A stretch of 58,388 bases of DNA from Steroidobacteraceae bacterium. GTDB lineage: Bacteria > Pseudomonadota > Gammaproteobacteria > Steroidobacterales > Steroidobacteraceae. The translations under genes and the position numbers were made by a program. The notes beneath the pieces were generated by a model. That model made no database searches, had not been told where the DNA came from, and saw nothing but the letters and a program-made list of their open reading frames with translations. The stretch lies in assembly GCA_036000265.1 (NCBI GenBank), contig DASYGA010000362.1, positions 1 to 58,388 of the forward strand. The letters run 5' to 3'. Position 1 is the first letter of the stretch. Each line of letters begins with the position of its first letter. Below are positions 1 to 10,578 of this stretch, one piece after another.

Positions 1-184
1 AATCGCGACGTGCGTCACGAGTTGTTACGGCTTGGTCTTTGATCAGGCCTGCATGTTAAGATTGCCTTTTGGTCAGTCCCTTCCGTCGGCGAGGCACATA
101 CCTTGCTGGACGCGTCCAGGGAAGCTCGCTTGCGATTCCAATCTCTCTCGAACAATTAGAAGCCGTGAAAACAAGGAGAACCCG

Positions 185-439
185 ATGGCCAAAGGCCAAT
201 CGCTCCAAGATCCTTTCCTGAATGCTTTACGCAAGGAACGGGTGCCCGTATCCATCTACCTCGTCAACGGGATCAAGTTGCAGGGTCAGATCGATTCATT
301 CGACCAGTTCGTGGTGCTGTTGAAGAATAGCGTCAGCCAGATGGTCTACAAGCACGCCATCTCCACCGTCGTGCCGGCGCGCAATGTGCGCCTTACCGCT
401 GAGGAGGGAGCTGTGCCAGCGGAGTCTCCGGCGGAGTGA
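185..439 (+). CDS. hfq: RNA chaperone Hfq
   Basis: Internal ATG at 185 of ORF 32..439. [64 protein letters not shown] is a canonical Hfq Sm core. hflX follows, as is usual in proteobacteria. Confidence 0.95.
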   Translation: MAKGQSLQDPFLNALRKERVPVSIYLVNGIKLQGQIDSFDQFVVLLKNSVSQMVYKHAISTVVPARNVRLTAEEGAVPAESPAE

Positions 440-608
440 TGCAGCACAGTTACCAGGCACGAGGACGTGCCCGGCCGCCGCAGGGTGAGGCGGTGCCTTT
501 CAGCGAAGCACTGCTTCGCCCGCCGAACGAGTCTCGGGCAAAAACCACGCTTTTTGACCGAGACGGCGCTGGGCCGGGCACGATGCCTGGATCCAGCGCA
601 TCAAACTA

Positions 609-1940
609 GTGTTCGAGCGCCCGCGCTCAGGTGAGCGTGCGCTCCTGGTGCGCATCGGTCTCGGCGGCCAGGTTGACCCGGAGGACATCGAGGAGTTCAC
701 CCAGCTTGCGCTGTCGGCCGGCGCCCGGCCGGTCGCCACGGTGACGGGCCGCCGCGAGCGGCCCGACCCGCGGTTTTTCGTCGGCAGCGGCAAGGCGGAG
801 GAGCTGAAGCACGCGGCCGCGGCGGGCGAGGCGGACGTGATCCTGGTGGATCACGCGCTGTCCCCCAGCCAGGAGCGCAACCTCGAGACGCTCACGGGCA
901 AGAGGGTGCTCGACCGCAACGGACTGATCCTCGACATCTTTGCCCAGCGTGCGCGCAGCTTCGAGGGCAAACTGGAGGTCGAGCTCGCGCAGTTGCGGCA
1001 TCTGGGCAGCCGCCTGGTGCGCGGCTGGAGCCACCTCGAGCGGCAGAAGGGCGGTATCGGACTGCGCGGACCCGGCGAGACACAGCTGGAGAGCGACCGG
1101 CGCCTGATCGGCCAGCGCGTGCGGGTGCTGACGCGGCGACTGGAGAAGATCAAACAGCAACGCGAGACCGGAAGGCAGATGCGCGCCGAGATCCCGGTGC
1201 CTTCGCTCGCCCTGGTCGGCTACACCAACGCGGGCAAGTCGACGCTCTTTCGGGGGTTGACGGGCGCGGACGCCTACGTCGCCAATCAACTCTTTGCGAC
1301 GCTCGATCCAACGGTGCGCCGGATCACGCTGCCCGGGGGGACCCCGGTGGTGGCCGCCGACACGGTGGGGTTCATCCGCGAGTTGCCGCATGAGCTCGTG
1401 GCGGCGTTCCAATCGACACTGACCGAGGCGCGCGAGGCAACACTGTTGCTGCACGTCATCGATGCCAGCGATCCGCGCAGGGACGAGCACATCGCGCAGG
1501 TGAACGAAGTGCTGGCGGAGATCGGCGCGGTCGCGATTCCGCAGATCATGGTCTACAACAAGATCGATCGCCTCGAGCGCCCGCCGGGCACCGAGCGCGA
1601 TGCGGCCGGCATACCGTCCGCCGTGTGGATCTCGGCGCAGAAGAGTCTCGGCCTCGACCTGCTGACGAGCGCCATCGCCGAGCGGCTGTCGCGATTCGCG
1701 CGCCGCGCGCGGCTGCGCTTGCCCGCGGGTGCCGGCGCGCTCCGATCCCGGCTTTATGCGGCCAAGGCGGTGCGCGAGGAGCGCACGGCCGAGGATGGCG
1801 CCATGGAGCTCACCGTGGAGCTGCCTGACGTGGAGATCCGCGCGCTGGCGGCCACTGCCGGGGTGCAGATCCTCGAGTCCTCCGAGCCCAATATTCCTTG
1901 TGCCTCCGGCGACCCCTACCTAGAATCTCCGACGGCTTGA
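609..1940 (+). CDS. hflX: GTPase HflX
   Basis: GTG start. N-terminus MFERPRSGERALLVRIGL. G motifs GYTNAGKST, DTVGF and NKID. Sits directly downstream of hfq. Confidence 0.93.
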   Translation: MFERPRSGERALLVRIGLGGQVDPEDIEEFTQLALSAGARPVATVTGRRERPDPRFFVGSGKAEELKHAAAAGEADVILVDHALSPSQERNLETLTGKRVLDRNGLILDIFAQRARSFEGKLEVELAQLRHLGSRLVRGWSHLERQKGGIGLRGPGETQLESDRRLIGQRVRVLTRRLEKIKQQRETGRQMRAEIPVPSLALVGYTNAGKSTLFRGLTGADAYVANQLFATLDPTVRRITLPGGTPVVAADTVGFIRELPHELVAAFQSTLTEAREATLLLHVIDASDPRRDEHIAQVNEVLAEIGAVAIPQIMVYNKIDRLERPPGTERDAAGIPSAVWISAQKSLGLDLLTSAIAERLSRFARRARLRLPAGAGALRSRLYAAKAVREERTAEDGAMELTVELPDVEIRALAATAGVQILESSEPNIPCASGDPYLESPTA

Positions 1941-3267
<1,327 letters not shown>

Positions 3268-3269
<2 letters not shown>

Positions 3270-3289
3270 AACAGGCCTGCGGCCGTTTT
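3268..3289. terminator. bidirectional stem-loop terminator between convergent purA and the diiron gene
   Basis: AAAAC(A)GGCC-TGC-GGCCGTTTT forms a 9-bp stem with one bulge and a 3-nt loop. A-run and T-run arms give a U-tract on either strand. It overlaps the purA stop codon. Confidence 0.5.
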
Positions 3290-3306
3290 AGAGTTGAGTT
3301 CGGGCG

Positions 3307-4179
3307 TCAGACGCTCGCAGGAATCAGCCGCAAGAGGGCGCGGGCGATTCCCGGAACCAGGCGGGGGCGCTTCAGGCGAGCGTCGTATTCGGCCATGCGC
3401 CGCTCGTTCTCGGTGAGGCAGAGCTCGAGCAACCGGTGCAATGTCACCTGCGTTCCCAGGTCCTGGTGCGCCGTCAGGGTGAAGTTCTCGCCGGAAGCGG
3501 CAGCGGCAGTCTGCGGCTTGCCCATGCTGCGCGCCGTCTTTACCCGGGATGCCACCTGCTTGAGGATGATCCAGGCGCAGCGCAGTCGAAAGCCGGGACG
3601 GCGCCCCCACGGCAGCTGCGAGCGGCGATACTTCACCCAGTTCACGAAGAACAGGATGTGGCGGGCCTCCTCCTGCATCACCGGCTCGAACACCCGCACC
3701 AGCGCGGGCGGAAAGAACCCCGACTCGCGGGCGAGGGCGAACAGGCCGAAGGCGAAGAAGGAGTCGAAGCATTCGCCGAAGCCGGCGAAGAGAAAGTCGC
3801 TCTCCAGCGAGTGCGGCGTGAAGCGCGGCGGCGGCTCGATGGCGATCCGATAATGGGAGGTGAGCGCGACGAGCAGCCGCGCATGGCGCATCTCTTCGAA
3901 GCCCTGCAGCTCGATGGCCTTGCGCACCAGCGGATCGGACTCGAGCACCGCGGCGGCGGCCACGGTGTTTGAAGTCACGTTCTCGGTCGATACCGCCTCC
4001 TGCCAGAAAGGCAGGCTGCGCAGCCGTACGAGCTCCTCCTCCGCGAGCGCCGGCCATGGCATCTGCTCGGGGACGTACTCGACGTGCGTGTCGAGAAAAA
4101 ACTCGGCGAGAAGGCGCCGATGCTCGGCGGATCCGACCGCGAGACTCTCCGACTCAATATTTGCCGGGACCACGGACAT
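3307..4179 (-). CDS. ferritin-like diiron-carboxylate protein, function unknown (last gene of the hpnIJKL unit)
   Basis: ATG at 4179 is preceded by GGAGAG and lies inside ORF 3307..4308. Two ExxH motifs (FEEMRHARL, QEEARHILFF), each preceded about 30-35 aa upstream by a Glu. Overlaps the hpnL 3' end by 26 nt. Confidence 0.75.
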   Translation of the reverse strand: MSVVPANIESESLAVGSAEHRRLLAEFFLDTHVEYVPEQMPWPALAEEELVRLRSLPFWQEAVSTENVTSNTVAAAAVLESDPLVRKAIELQGFEEMRHARLLVALTSHYRIAIEPPPRFTPHSLESDFLFAGFGECFDSFFAFGLFALARESGFFPPALVRVFEPVMQEEARHILFFVNWVKYRRSQLPWGRRPGFRLRCAWIILKQVASRVKTARSMGKPQTAAAASGENFTLTAHQDLGTQVTLHRLLELCLTENERRMAEYDARLKRPRLVPGIARALLRLIPASV

Positions 4180-5143
4180 GTTGCAGCTCTCTCCGTCCTT
4201 CCACCCAATACCATGACAGCAACGCCGGGACTCCGAAGAGGATCTCCCGCATGCGCTTGGCCAGCGACAGCGCCAGGGCGAGCTCGCCATTGACGCCGAG
4301 CAGGGCACCGAATCCGATCAGGCTCGCTTCCTGCACGCCGAGCCCGGCCGGCACCAGGAACGCAAAATTACGCACGGTCATCGTCAGGCTCTCCAGGGCG
4401 ATGGCCGCACCGAAGGGCACCGGGTGCCCGAGCCAGCGCAGAGCGAGCCAGGTCTCCAGCGAGCCGGCGACCATTCCGGTCACCTGCCAGGCCATCGCGG
4501 TCAAGAGGCGCGGCGCATCGGTGCACAGCTCTCGAATGGCGGCATCGAGGCTCGCGGATTGCCCCGCGAGGAAGCTCAGCGTCTGCTCGCCCAGGAAGCG
4601 CACCGCGATGCGCTCCATGCGCTGGAAGATCGAGCCGTAGCGCAGCAGCAGCGCGAGCAGCACCAGGAGCGGCAGGCTCGCGGCAAGCCCGATGAGCACA
4701 TCGTCGGCAAATTGTACCGTGTTCGTGAGCCTGAGCAGGCACAGGACGCCGAGCATGACGAATACATACTGGCTGACGATGGTGAGCACCACCTCGGTCG
4801 TGACGCTGGCCGCGGCTGCGACGCCGTCGACGCCTGTCTCGCAGAGCAGGCGGATCCCGACGATCTCCCCGCCGATGTTCGCCGCCGGCAGCAGACGGTT
4901 GATGCCCTCGCGGACGCTGGCGATCCAGAAGAGACTGGCGATGCGGCTCTCGCGCCAGCGCGCGATGAGCACGCGCCAGCCGAGCGAATCGAGCAGGAGG
5001 GGCAGAGCGTGCAGCGGCACGAGCCAGAGCAGCACCCGGCCGGCGCGGACGAGCGGCACCAGGATGGCGCTGCCTTCGCGCAGGATCAGCCCGATCAGCA
5101 GCGCAAGACCTGCCGCGAGGGCGATGCGGACCGCGACTCTCAT
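4154..5143 (-). CDS. hpnL: hopanoid-associated membrane protein HpnL (UPF0104 / lysyl-PG-synthase-like TM region)
   Basis: Polytopic membrane protein starting MRVAVRIALAAGLALLIG. The ATG at 5143 overlaps the hpnK stop (ATGA). Position after hpnI-J-K matches the known HpnL context. Confidence 0.8.
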   Translation of the reverse strand: MRVAVRIALAAGLALLIGLILREGSAILVPLVRAGRVLLWLVPLHALPLLLDSLGWRVLIARWRESRIASLFWIASVREGINRLLPAANIGGEIVGIRLLCETGVDGVAAAASVTTEVVLTIVSQYVFVMLGVLCLLRLTNTVQFADDVLIGLAASLPLLVLLALLLRYGSIFQRMERIAVRFLGEQTLSFLAGQSASLDAAIRELCTDAPRLLTAMAWQVTGMVAGSLETWLALRWLGHPVPFGAAIALESLTMTVRNFAFLVPAGLGVQEASLIGFGALLGVNGELALALSLAKRMREILFGVPALLSWYWVEGRRELQHVRGPGKY

Positions 5144-6018
5144 GCCGCATGCCGCTCGGCTGTCCGTGCGGCGGCCGAAAGCCGGAAGCCGCCGGTCTGC
5201 GCGCCGCAAGCGGCGATGGCCGCGCGCACCCGGGGGCTCAGCAGAGCGGCGAGCTCTTCCGCGTGGTGGTAGCTACCCATGCTGGCGGCAATGGCGGCGC
5301 CGGACTCGATTGCAGGATGCAGATAGATCTCCGTGACTCCCTCAGGAAGGCTTGCAAGCGCCTCGAGCAGCCTCGTCTCGTTCATCGAGCCGCTGTCCGA
5401 CATGCCGAAAACATAGTCGTTGTGCGCGAGGCGCGCTGCCTTGAGCCGCCGCCGCATCAGTCCCAACCAGGGAGAGAGGAGCCCCGCGACCGCGGGGCCC
5501 GCGATCGCACCCCCTGCGCGGCGCGCGACCCAAGCCGGCTCGCGCGGCAGCCGGACAGCCGGAACACCGAACTCCCCGCCTATGCGTAGCAGCATCTCGA
5601 GCAGCGTTGGATGCAGATGGAAGTGCTTGTGGGCATTGACATGGTCGAGCGACAACCCGCTATCGGCGAAGGCCTGGAACTGCGCGCGGATCTCCGCCTC
5701 GAGCTGGCGGCGCACGGCCGGCAACGCGAAAAAGCGCACACCGTCACGCACCATGTTGGTGCCGAACCGGCCCTGGGCATCGACCAGCGCCGGAATGCTC
5801 CGCGGTGGCAACACCGACCAGCCGTCCGCCAGCACGAGGTGAAGACCGACAGAAAGCCCGGGTAGCTCGCGAGCGAGGCGGACCGCGTCCGCCGCCGCCG
5901 GCGCGCCGACCATGAGGCTGGCAGTGGTGAGTACGCCATCCGTGGCGGCCTGCTCGACGGCACGGTTGACGGCGTCGTGCAGCCCGAAGTCGTCCGCGGT
6001 GATGATGAGGAAACGCAA
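5140..6018 (-). CDS. hpnK: YdjC-family deacetylase HpnK
   Basis: LRFLIITADDFGLHDAVNRAV and HVNAHKHFHLHP are YdjC-like motifs. A TTG start at 6018 leaves a 19-nt gap after hpnJ. The alternative ATG at 6078 would overlap hpnJ by 41 nt. Confidence 0.8.
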   Translation of the reverse strand: MRFLIITADDFGLHDAVNRAVEQAATDGVLTTASLMVGAPAAADAVRLARELPGLSVGLHLVLADGWSVLPPRSIPALVDAQGRFGTNMVRDGVRFFALPAVRRQLEAEIRAQFQAFADSGLSLDHVNAHKHFHLHPTLLEMLLRIGGEFGVPAVRLPREPAWVARRAGGAIAGPAVAGLLSPWLGLMRRRLKAARLAHNDYVFGMSDSGSMNETRLLEALASLPEGVTEIYLHPAIESGAAIAASMGSYHHAEELAALLSPRVRAAIAACGAQTGGFRLSAAARTAERHAA

Positions 6019-6037
6019 CGAGTCGACCGCGGGCAGC

Positions 6038-7462
6038 TCAGGCCTCGTGCGCGTGCAGGAAGCGGAAGAACTCCACACCCTCGCGCAGGCGCCGCTTGGT
6101 CATCTCCCAGCTGCGCAGCATCTCGCCCGTGAGCTCGGCGATCTTGCGCGGCCGGAAGTAGAACGTCTTGTAGAAGGTCTCCACCGCGTGGTAGATCTCC
6201 TTCGCCGGCAGATGCGGGTAGCTGATCGGCGAGAGCTGCACGCCGCTGTCGTTCACCAGGTTGAGGTTGTCGTGGGCGGTGATCCAGCCGTTGTCCACCG
6301 CCTGTTGGTACAGTTGCGTGCCGGGGTAAGGGGCGGCCAGCGATACCTGGATGGTATGCGGATTGATGTCGACCGCAAACCGGATCGTTTCGCGGATGGT
6401 CTCGGCCGTCTCCCCGGGAAGGCCGAGGATGAAGGTGCCGTGGATGGTGATGCCGAGCTTGCGGCAATCGCTGGTGAAGCGCCGCGCGATGTCGGTCTTG
6501 AGGCCCTTCCTGATGTTGTGCAGGATCTGGTCGTTACCGGACTCGTAGCCGACGAGCAGCAAGCGCAGGCCGTTGTCCCGCATCACCTTGAGGGTGTCAT
6601 AAGGGACGTTGGCCTTGGCATTGCAGGACCAGGTGACGCCGAGCTTGCCGAGGCCGCGGGCGATCTCCTCGGCGCGCGGACGGAAGTCGGTGAAGGTGTC
6701 ATCGTCGAAGAAGATCTCCTTGACCTGCGGCATGTTCTCCTTGATCCAGCGCACCTCCTCGATGACGCTCGCGGCGCTGCGCACGCGGTAGCGATGGCCG
6801 CCCACGGTTTGCGGCCACAGGCAGAAGGTGCACTTGGAGCGGCAGCCGCGTCCCGTGTAGAAGGACACGTACGGATGCTGCAGATAGCCGATGAAGTAGT
6901 TCTCGATGGTGAGGTCGCGCTGGTAGACCGGGGTTACCCAGGGCAGCTCGTCCATCTGCTCGATCATGGGCCGCGCGGGATTGTGCTCGACCTTGCCGTC
7001 CGGGCGGCGGAAGGACAGCCCGGCAATGGTGCCGAGATCGCGGCCCTCGGCCACCTCCTTGCAGGTGTAGTCGAATTCCTCGCGGGCCACGAAGTCGATC
7101 GCGGCCGAGGCGCCGAGCGACCCCGCCGGGTCGACGGCGACCTTGGCGCCGACCAGGCCGATCTTCAGGCGCGGGTTCTCCTCCTTCAGCAGCTCCGCGA
7201 CCTTGGCGTCGGTCGGGAAGGAGGGGGAACTGGTGTGCATGATGACGAGGTCGTATTCCTTCGCGAGCGGCAGCACCTGCGACATCGGAGTTCCGTCCGC
7301 GGGGGCATCGAGCAGCCGGCTGCCGGGGACGAGCGCAGCGGGTTGCGCCAGCCAGGTGGGATACCAGAAGGATTTGATCTCGCGCTTCGCCTGGTAGCGC
7401 GCGCCGGCGCCGCCGTCGAAGCCGTCGAATGAGGGAGCTTGCAGGAACAGTGTTCTCATCAT
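6038..7462 (-). CDS. hpnJ: hopanoid biosynthesis radical SAM protein HpnJ
   Basis: MMRTLFLQAPSFDGFDGGAGARYQAKREIKSFWYP N-terminus. CRSKCTFC (CxxxCxxC) radical SAM cluster motif. 474 aa, between hpnI and hpnK. Confidence 0.9.
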   Translation of the reverse strand: MMRTLFLQAPSFDGFDGGAGARYQAKREIKSFWYPTWLAQPAALVPGSRLLDAPADGTPMSQVLPLAKEYDLVIMHTSSPSFPTDAKVAELLKEENPRLKIGLVGAKVAVDPAGSLGASAAIDFVAREEFDYTCKEVAEGRDLGTIAGLSFRRPDGKVEHNPARPMIEQMDELPWVTPVYQRDLTIENYFIGYLQHPYVSFYTGRGCRSKCTFCLWPQTVGGHRYRVRSAASVIEEVRWIKENMPQVKEIFFDDDTFTDFRPRAEEIARGLGKLGVTWSCNAKANVPYDTLKVMRDNGLRLLLVGYESGNDQILHNIRKGLKTDIARRFTSDCRKLGITIHGTFILGLPGETAETIRETIRFAVDINPHTIQVSLAAPYPGTQLYQQAVDNGWITAHDNLNLVNDSGVQLSPISYPHLPAKEIYHAVETFYKTFYFRPRKIAELTGEMLRSWEMTKRRLREGVEFFRFLHAHEA

Positions 7463-7474
7463 GATGAAATGTCC

Positions 7475-8677
7475 TCAGGAAATCGGCTGCACGGAGCCAT
7501 CGCGGGCCACGCGGTAGCGGCCCTGCCGCCACTGCACTTCGCGGGTCACGAAAGCGCCGCACCAGAGAGCAAACCCGAGCGCATCGGCGAGCGGGATGGC
7601 CCAGAGCTGGGACCGGGAGCGCTCCGGGGACGGCCCGGCTGCGCCCGCGGCCCGGGCGGCAAAATGTAACATCAGGCGCAGTACTGCCGTCGCGGCAAGC
7701 AAGGAGAGCGTCAGGAATGTCCCATCCGCAATTACGCACCCGAGCACTGCGACCGGCAGACTGAAAGTGACTGCGGAGAAGGCGTATCCGCCTGGACGCA
7801 CGACCCGGATGGTCCGTAGCCACCTGAGGCCGTGCTGCGAGAGTTGACGGAAGCTGCGTTCGTCAACGGCGGTATCCACCACGACGTCCGATAACTCCGT
7901 CCGTTGACCGCGGCGGCGCGTCAGCTCGCCGAGCCGGTAATCATCCGCCAGCTGATCGGCGATGGCCGGGAAGCCGCCGATGCCCTCGAGAGCATCGCGC
8001 CGCAAGGCGATGGTGGCGCCGAAGGCGAAGGCGCGCGAGCCGAAGAGAGCCGCAACGCGCACCGAGGGAATGAACCAATCGTTGATGAAGAGTGTCCCCA
8101 GCAGGGACCAGAGGCCGGGGCGAGGGACGCCGCGATAAGGGCAGGTGACGATGCCGACCGCCGGGTCGGCGAGCGGCGCGGCAACCGCGGCCAGGTATCC
8201 CGGCGGCACGCGCACGTCGCTGTCGGCCAGTACCAGCCAGTCGTGTCGGGCGGCACGCATCATGTTGATGAGATTGCTGACTTTCGCGCTGGCGCCATGC
8301 CGGGTCGGATCGACGACCACGGCGACATCGAGCCGCGGGAAGTCGCGCTTCAGGCCCTCGAGCACGACGAGGGCCGGGTCGGCCGCATGCTGCACGCCGA
8401 AGACGATCTGCAGGCCGGCGGGATAGTCCTGCTCACAGAAGGAGCGCAGCGAATGGTCAAGCCCAGGCTCGGCGCCGCACAGCGGCTTGAGCACGGTCAC
8501 CGGATGCAGCGGCCCCGCCGAGCCCCCGCCGAGCCTGCGCTGCACGCCACTGTTGCGCCAAAGCCGCACTGCCCCCCAGGCGATGGCGGCATAGCCGAGC
8601 GCGGCCGCGCTCAGCAGCGTGCCGAGAGAGGTCATGACTGCCTGGGCAGTTACAGCGACCGTGGAGCCGGTTATCAT
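7475..8677 (-). CDS. hpnI: hopanoid-associated glycosyltransferase HpnI (GT2, ceramide-glucosyltransferase-like)
   Basis: VTVLKPLCGAEPGLDHSLRSFCEQDYP and LVLADSDV motifs. N- and C-terminal TM segments. First gene of the hpnIJK(L) unit. Confidence 0.85.
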   Translation of the reverse strand: MITGSTVAVTAQAVMTSLGTLLSAAALGYAAIAWGAVRLWRNSGVQRRLGGGSAGPLHPVTVLKPLCGAEPGLDHSLRSFCEQDYPAGLQIVFGVQHAADPALVVLEGLKRDFPRLDVAVVVDPTRHGASAKVSNLINMMRAARHDWLVLADSDVRVPPGYLAAVAAPLADPAVGIVTCPYRGVPRPGLWSLLGTLFINDWFIPSVRVAALFGSRAFAFGATIALRRDALEGIGGFPAIADQLADDYRLGELTRRRGQRTELSDVVVDTAVDERSFRQLSQHGLRWLRTIRVVRPGGYAFSAVTFSLPVAVLGCVIADGTFLTLSLLAATAVLRLMLHFAARAAGAAGPSPERSRSQLWAIPLADALGFALWCGAFVTREVQWRQGRYRVARDGSVQPIS

Positions 8678-8752
8678 GGGCGGAGGAATGCCTACACCGC
8701 GGATTGCAATGAGCGACGAAGTCGGACGGTTTCAAGTACATGAATTCCGCAC

Positions 8753-9406
8753 ATGGTACACGTTTGCTTGCCGTCCGGGGGTGCCTGCGTGACCGACACC
8801 AGCGGCGCTCAGGCCACACTGTGGGCTGCCAGCGACAGCTCCAAGGAGGCCGAGTCGCTCATTCTCGTGGACGAGGCGGACCGGGAGGTGGGCTATTTGA
8901 GCAAGGTGCGCTGTCACGAGGGACGGGGTGTCCTGCACCGCGCGTTCTCGCTGCTCATTTTCAACGATCGCGGCGAGCTGCTGCTGCAGCGTCGCTCGGC
9001 CGCGAAGCCGTTGTGGCCGCACTACTGGTCGAACAGCTGCTGCAGCCACCCGCGGCGGGCCGAGACCATGGAGACGGCCATCCACCGGCGGCTATATGAG
9101 GAGCTGGGGCTTGCCTGTCCGCTACAATTCCTTTTCAAGTTCCAGTATCAGGCTCAGTTCGACAGTGTCGGCGCGGAGCATGAGCTGTGCTCGGTCTTCA
9201 TCGGCCGCAGCGGCGGCCGGGTGAGCATCGATCACAACGAGATCTCGGACTGGCGCTGGGTGAGCACCGAGCGGCTCGCCGAGGAGATGGGGGGCGCGGG
9301 TGCGGAGCGCTTCACTCCCTGGTTCTCTCTCGAGTGGGCACGGATTTGGCGGGACCACCTGCCGGCGCTGCATGCGTTACAGTCGCGGCGCGGGACCTCG
9401 AGCTGA
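8753..9406 (+). CDS. idi: isopentenyl-diphosphate delta-isomerase, type 1 (Nudix)
   Basis: HRAFSLLIFNDRGELLLQRRSAAKPLWPHYWSNSCCSHPR and RRLYEELG motifs. An alternative in-frame GTG start lies at 8789. Confidence 0.88.
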   Translation: MVHVCLPSGGACVTDTSGAQATLWAASDSSKEAESLILVDEADREVGYLSKVRCHEGRGVLHRAFSLLIFNDRGELLLQRRSAAKPLWPHYWSNSCCSHPRRAETMETAIHRRLYEELGLACPLQFLFKFQYQAQFDSVGAEHELCSVFIGRSGGRVSIDHNEISDWRWVSTERLAEEMGGAGAERFTPWFSLEWARIWRDHLPALHALQSRRGTSS

Positions 9407-9429
9407 GCCCCGTAACACAGGAGCTGATT

Positions 9430-10578
9430 TTGGGAATTCCACTGATTCAAAAGTATCGCGTGGCAAGCTACATCCTCGGCAAGAAATTTCGCCGGGAGAA
9501 GCGCTACCCGCTAGTGCTCATGCTGGAGCCTCTGTTCCAGTGCAATCTCGCCTGCGCCGGCTGCGGCAAGATCGACTATCCAAAGGAAGTCCTGCAGAAG
9601 CGGGTATCGGTCGCCGATGCCCTGCGGGCGGTCGATGAATGCGGGGCGCCGATGGTCTCCATTCCCGGAGGCGAGCCGCTCATCCACAAGGAGATGCCGC
9701 AGATCGTCGCGGGAATCGTCGCGCGCAAGCGCTTCGTCTATCTCTGCACCAACGCGATCCTGCTCGCCAAGCACATCGACGACTACCAGCCCTCGCCCTA
9801 TCTCACCTTTTCGGTGCACCTCGACGGCAACCGCGAGCGGCACGACGAGTCGGTGTGCCAGGAAGGGGTATTCGACAAGGCGGTCGCTGCCATCAAGCTC
9901 GCGCGCTCCCGGGGATTTCGCTGCACCGTCAACTGCACGCTGTTCCAAAAGGAGAAACCGGACGAGGTAGCCGACTTCTTCGACTTGGCCCAGTCGCTCG
10001 GCGTCGAGGGGATCACCGTCTCCCCCGGCTACAGCTATCAGCACGCGCCGCGCCAGGACGTGTTCCTGGGGCGTGATGCGAGCAAGCAGCTCTTCCGCGA
10101 AATCTTCAAGCGCGGCCGCGCACGCGGCGCCAAGTGGCCGTTCAACCAGTCGTCGCTGTTCCTGGACTTCCTGGCGGGAAACCAGACCTATCAGTGCACG
10201 CCGTGGAGCAATCCGACCTACAACCTCTTCGGTTGGCAGCGGCCGTGCTATCTGCTGACGGACGAGGGTTACGCCACGTCCTTCCGTGCCCTGATGGAGG
10301 AGACGGACTGGGAACGCTATGGCGTCGGCCGCAACCCCAAATGTGCCAACTGCATGGCCCACTGCGGCTTCGAGGGCACGGCCGTGGACGACACGTTCGC
10401 GCATCCGCTGAAGGCGCTGAAGGTAGCCCTGCGCGGGCCGCGGCTCGACGGCCCGATGGCGCCGGAGCTGCCGTTCCTCTACGACGATCAGCCGCCACCG
10501 CCGCTGGCGGTGATCCCGCTCGCCGACATCGGGCGCGCGAGCCGCAAGGAGGAAAGCCGGCGTGCCAGCCGTGCCTGA
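9430..10578 (+). CDS. hpnH: adenosylhopane synthase, radical SAM HpnH
   Basis: TTG at 9430, 6 nt after AGGAG, inside ORF 9187..10578. YRVASYILGKKFRREKRYPLVLMLEPLFQCNLACAGCGKIDYP contains CxxxCxxC. About 382 aa. Confidence 0.9.
   Translation: MGIPLIQKYRVASYILGKKFRREKRYPLVLMLEPLFQCNLACAGCGKIDYPKEVLQKRVSVADALRAVDECGAPMVSIPGGEPLIHKEMPQIVAGIVARKRFVYLCTNAILLAKHIDDYQPSPYLTFSVHLDGNRERHDESVCQEGVFDKAVAAIKLARSRGFRCTVNCTLFQKEKPDEVADFFDLAQSLGVEGITVSPGYSYQHAPRQDVFLGRDASKQLFREIFKRGRARGAKWPFNQSSLFLDFLAGNQTYQCTPWSNPTYNLFGWQRPCYLLTDEGYATSFRALMEETDWERYGVGRNPKCANCMAHCGFEGTAVDDTFAHPLKALKVALRGPRLDGPMAPELPFLYDDQPPPPLAVIPLADIGRASRKEESRRASRA

Noticed and set aside
503-519. Perfect 7-bp hairpin GCGAAGC-act-GCTTCGC between hfq and hflX as a terminator
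   Set aside because: No U-tract follows it, and hfq-hflX are normally co-transcribed. At most it is an attenuating or processing structure, and I cannot support that from sequence alone.
6699-7823. 374-aa minus-strand ORF overlapping hpnJ and hpnI in another frame
   Set aside because: It is an alternative frame of two well-supported genes, Arg/Pro-rich and without motifs.
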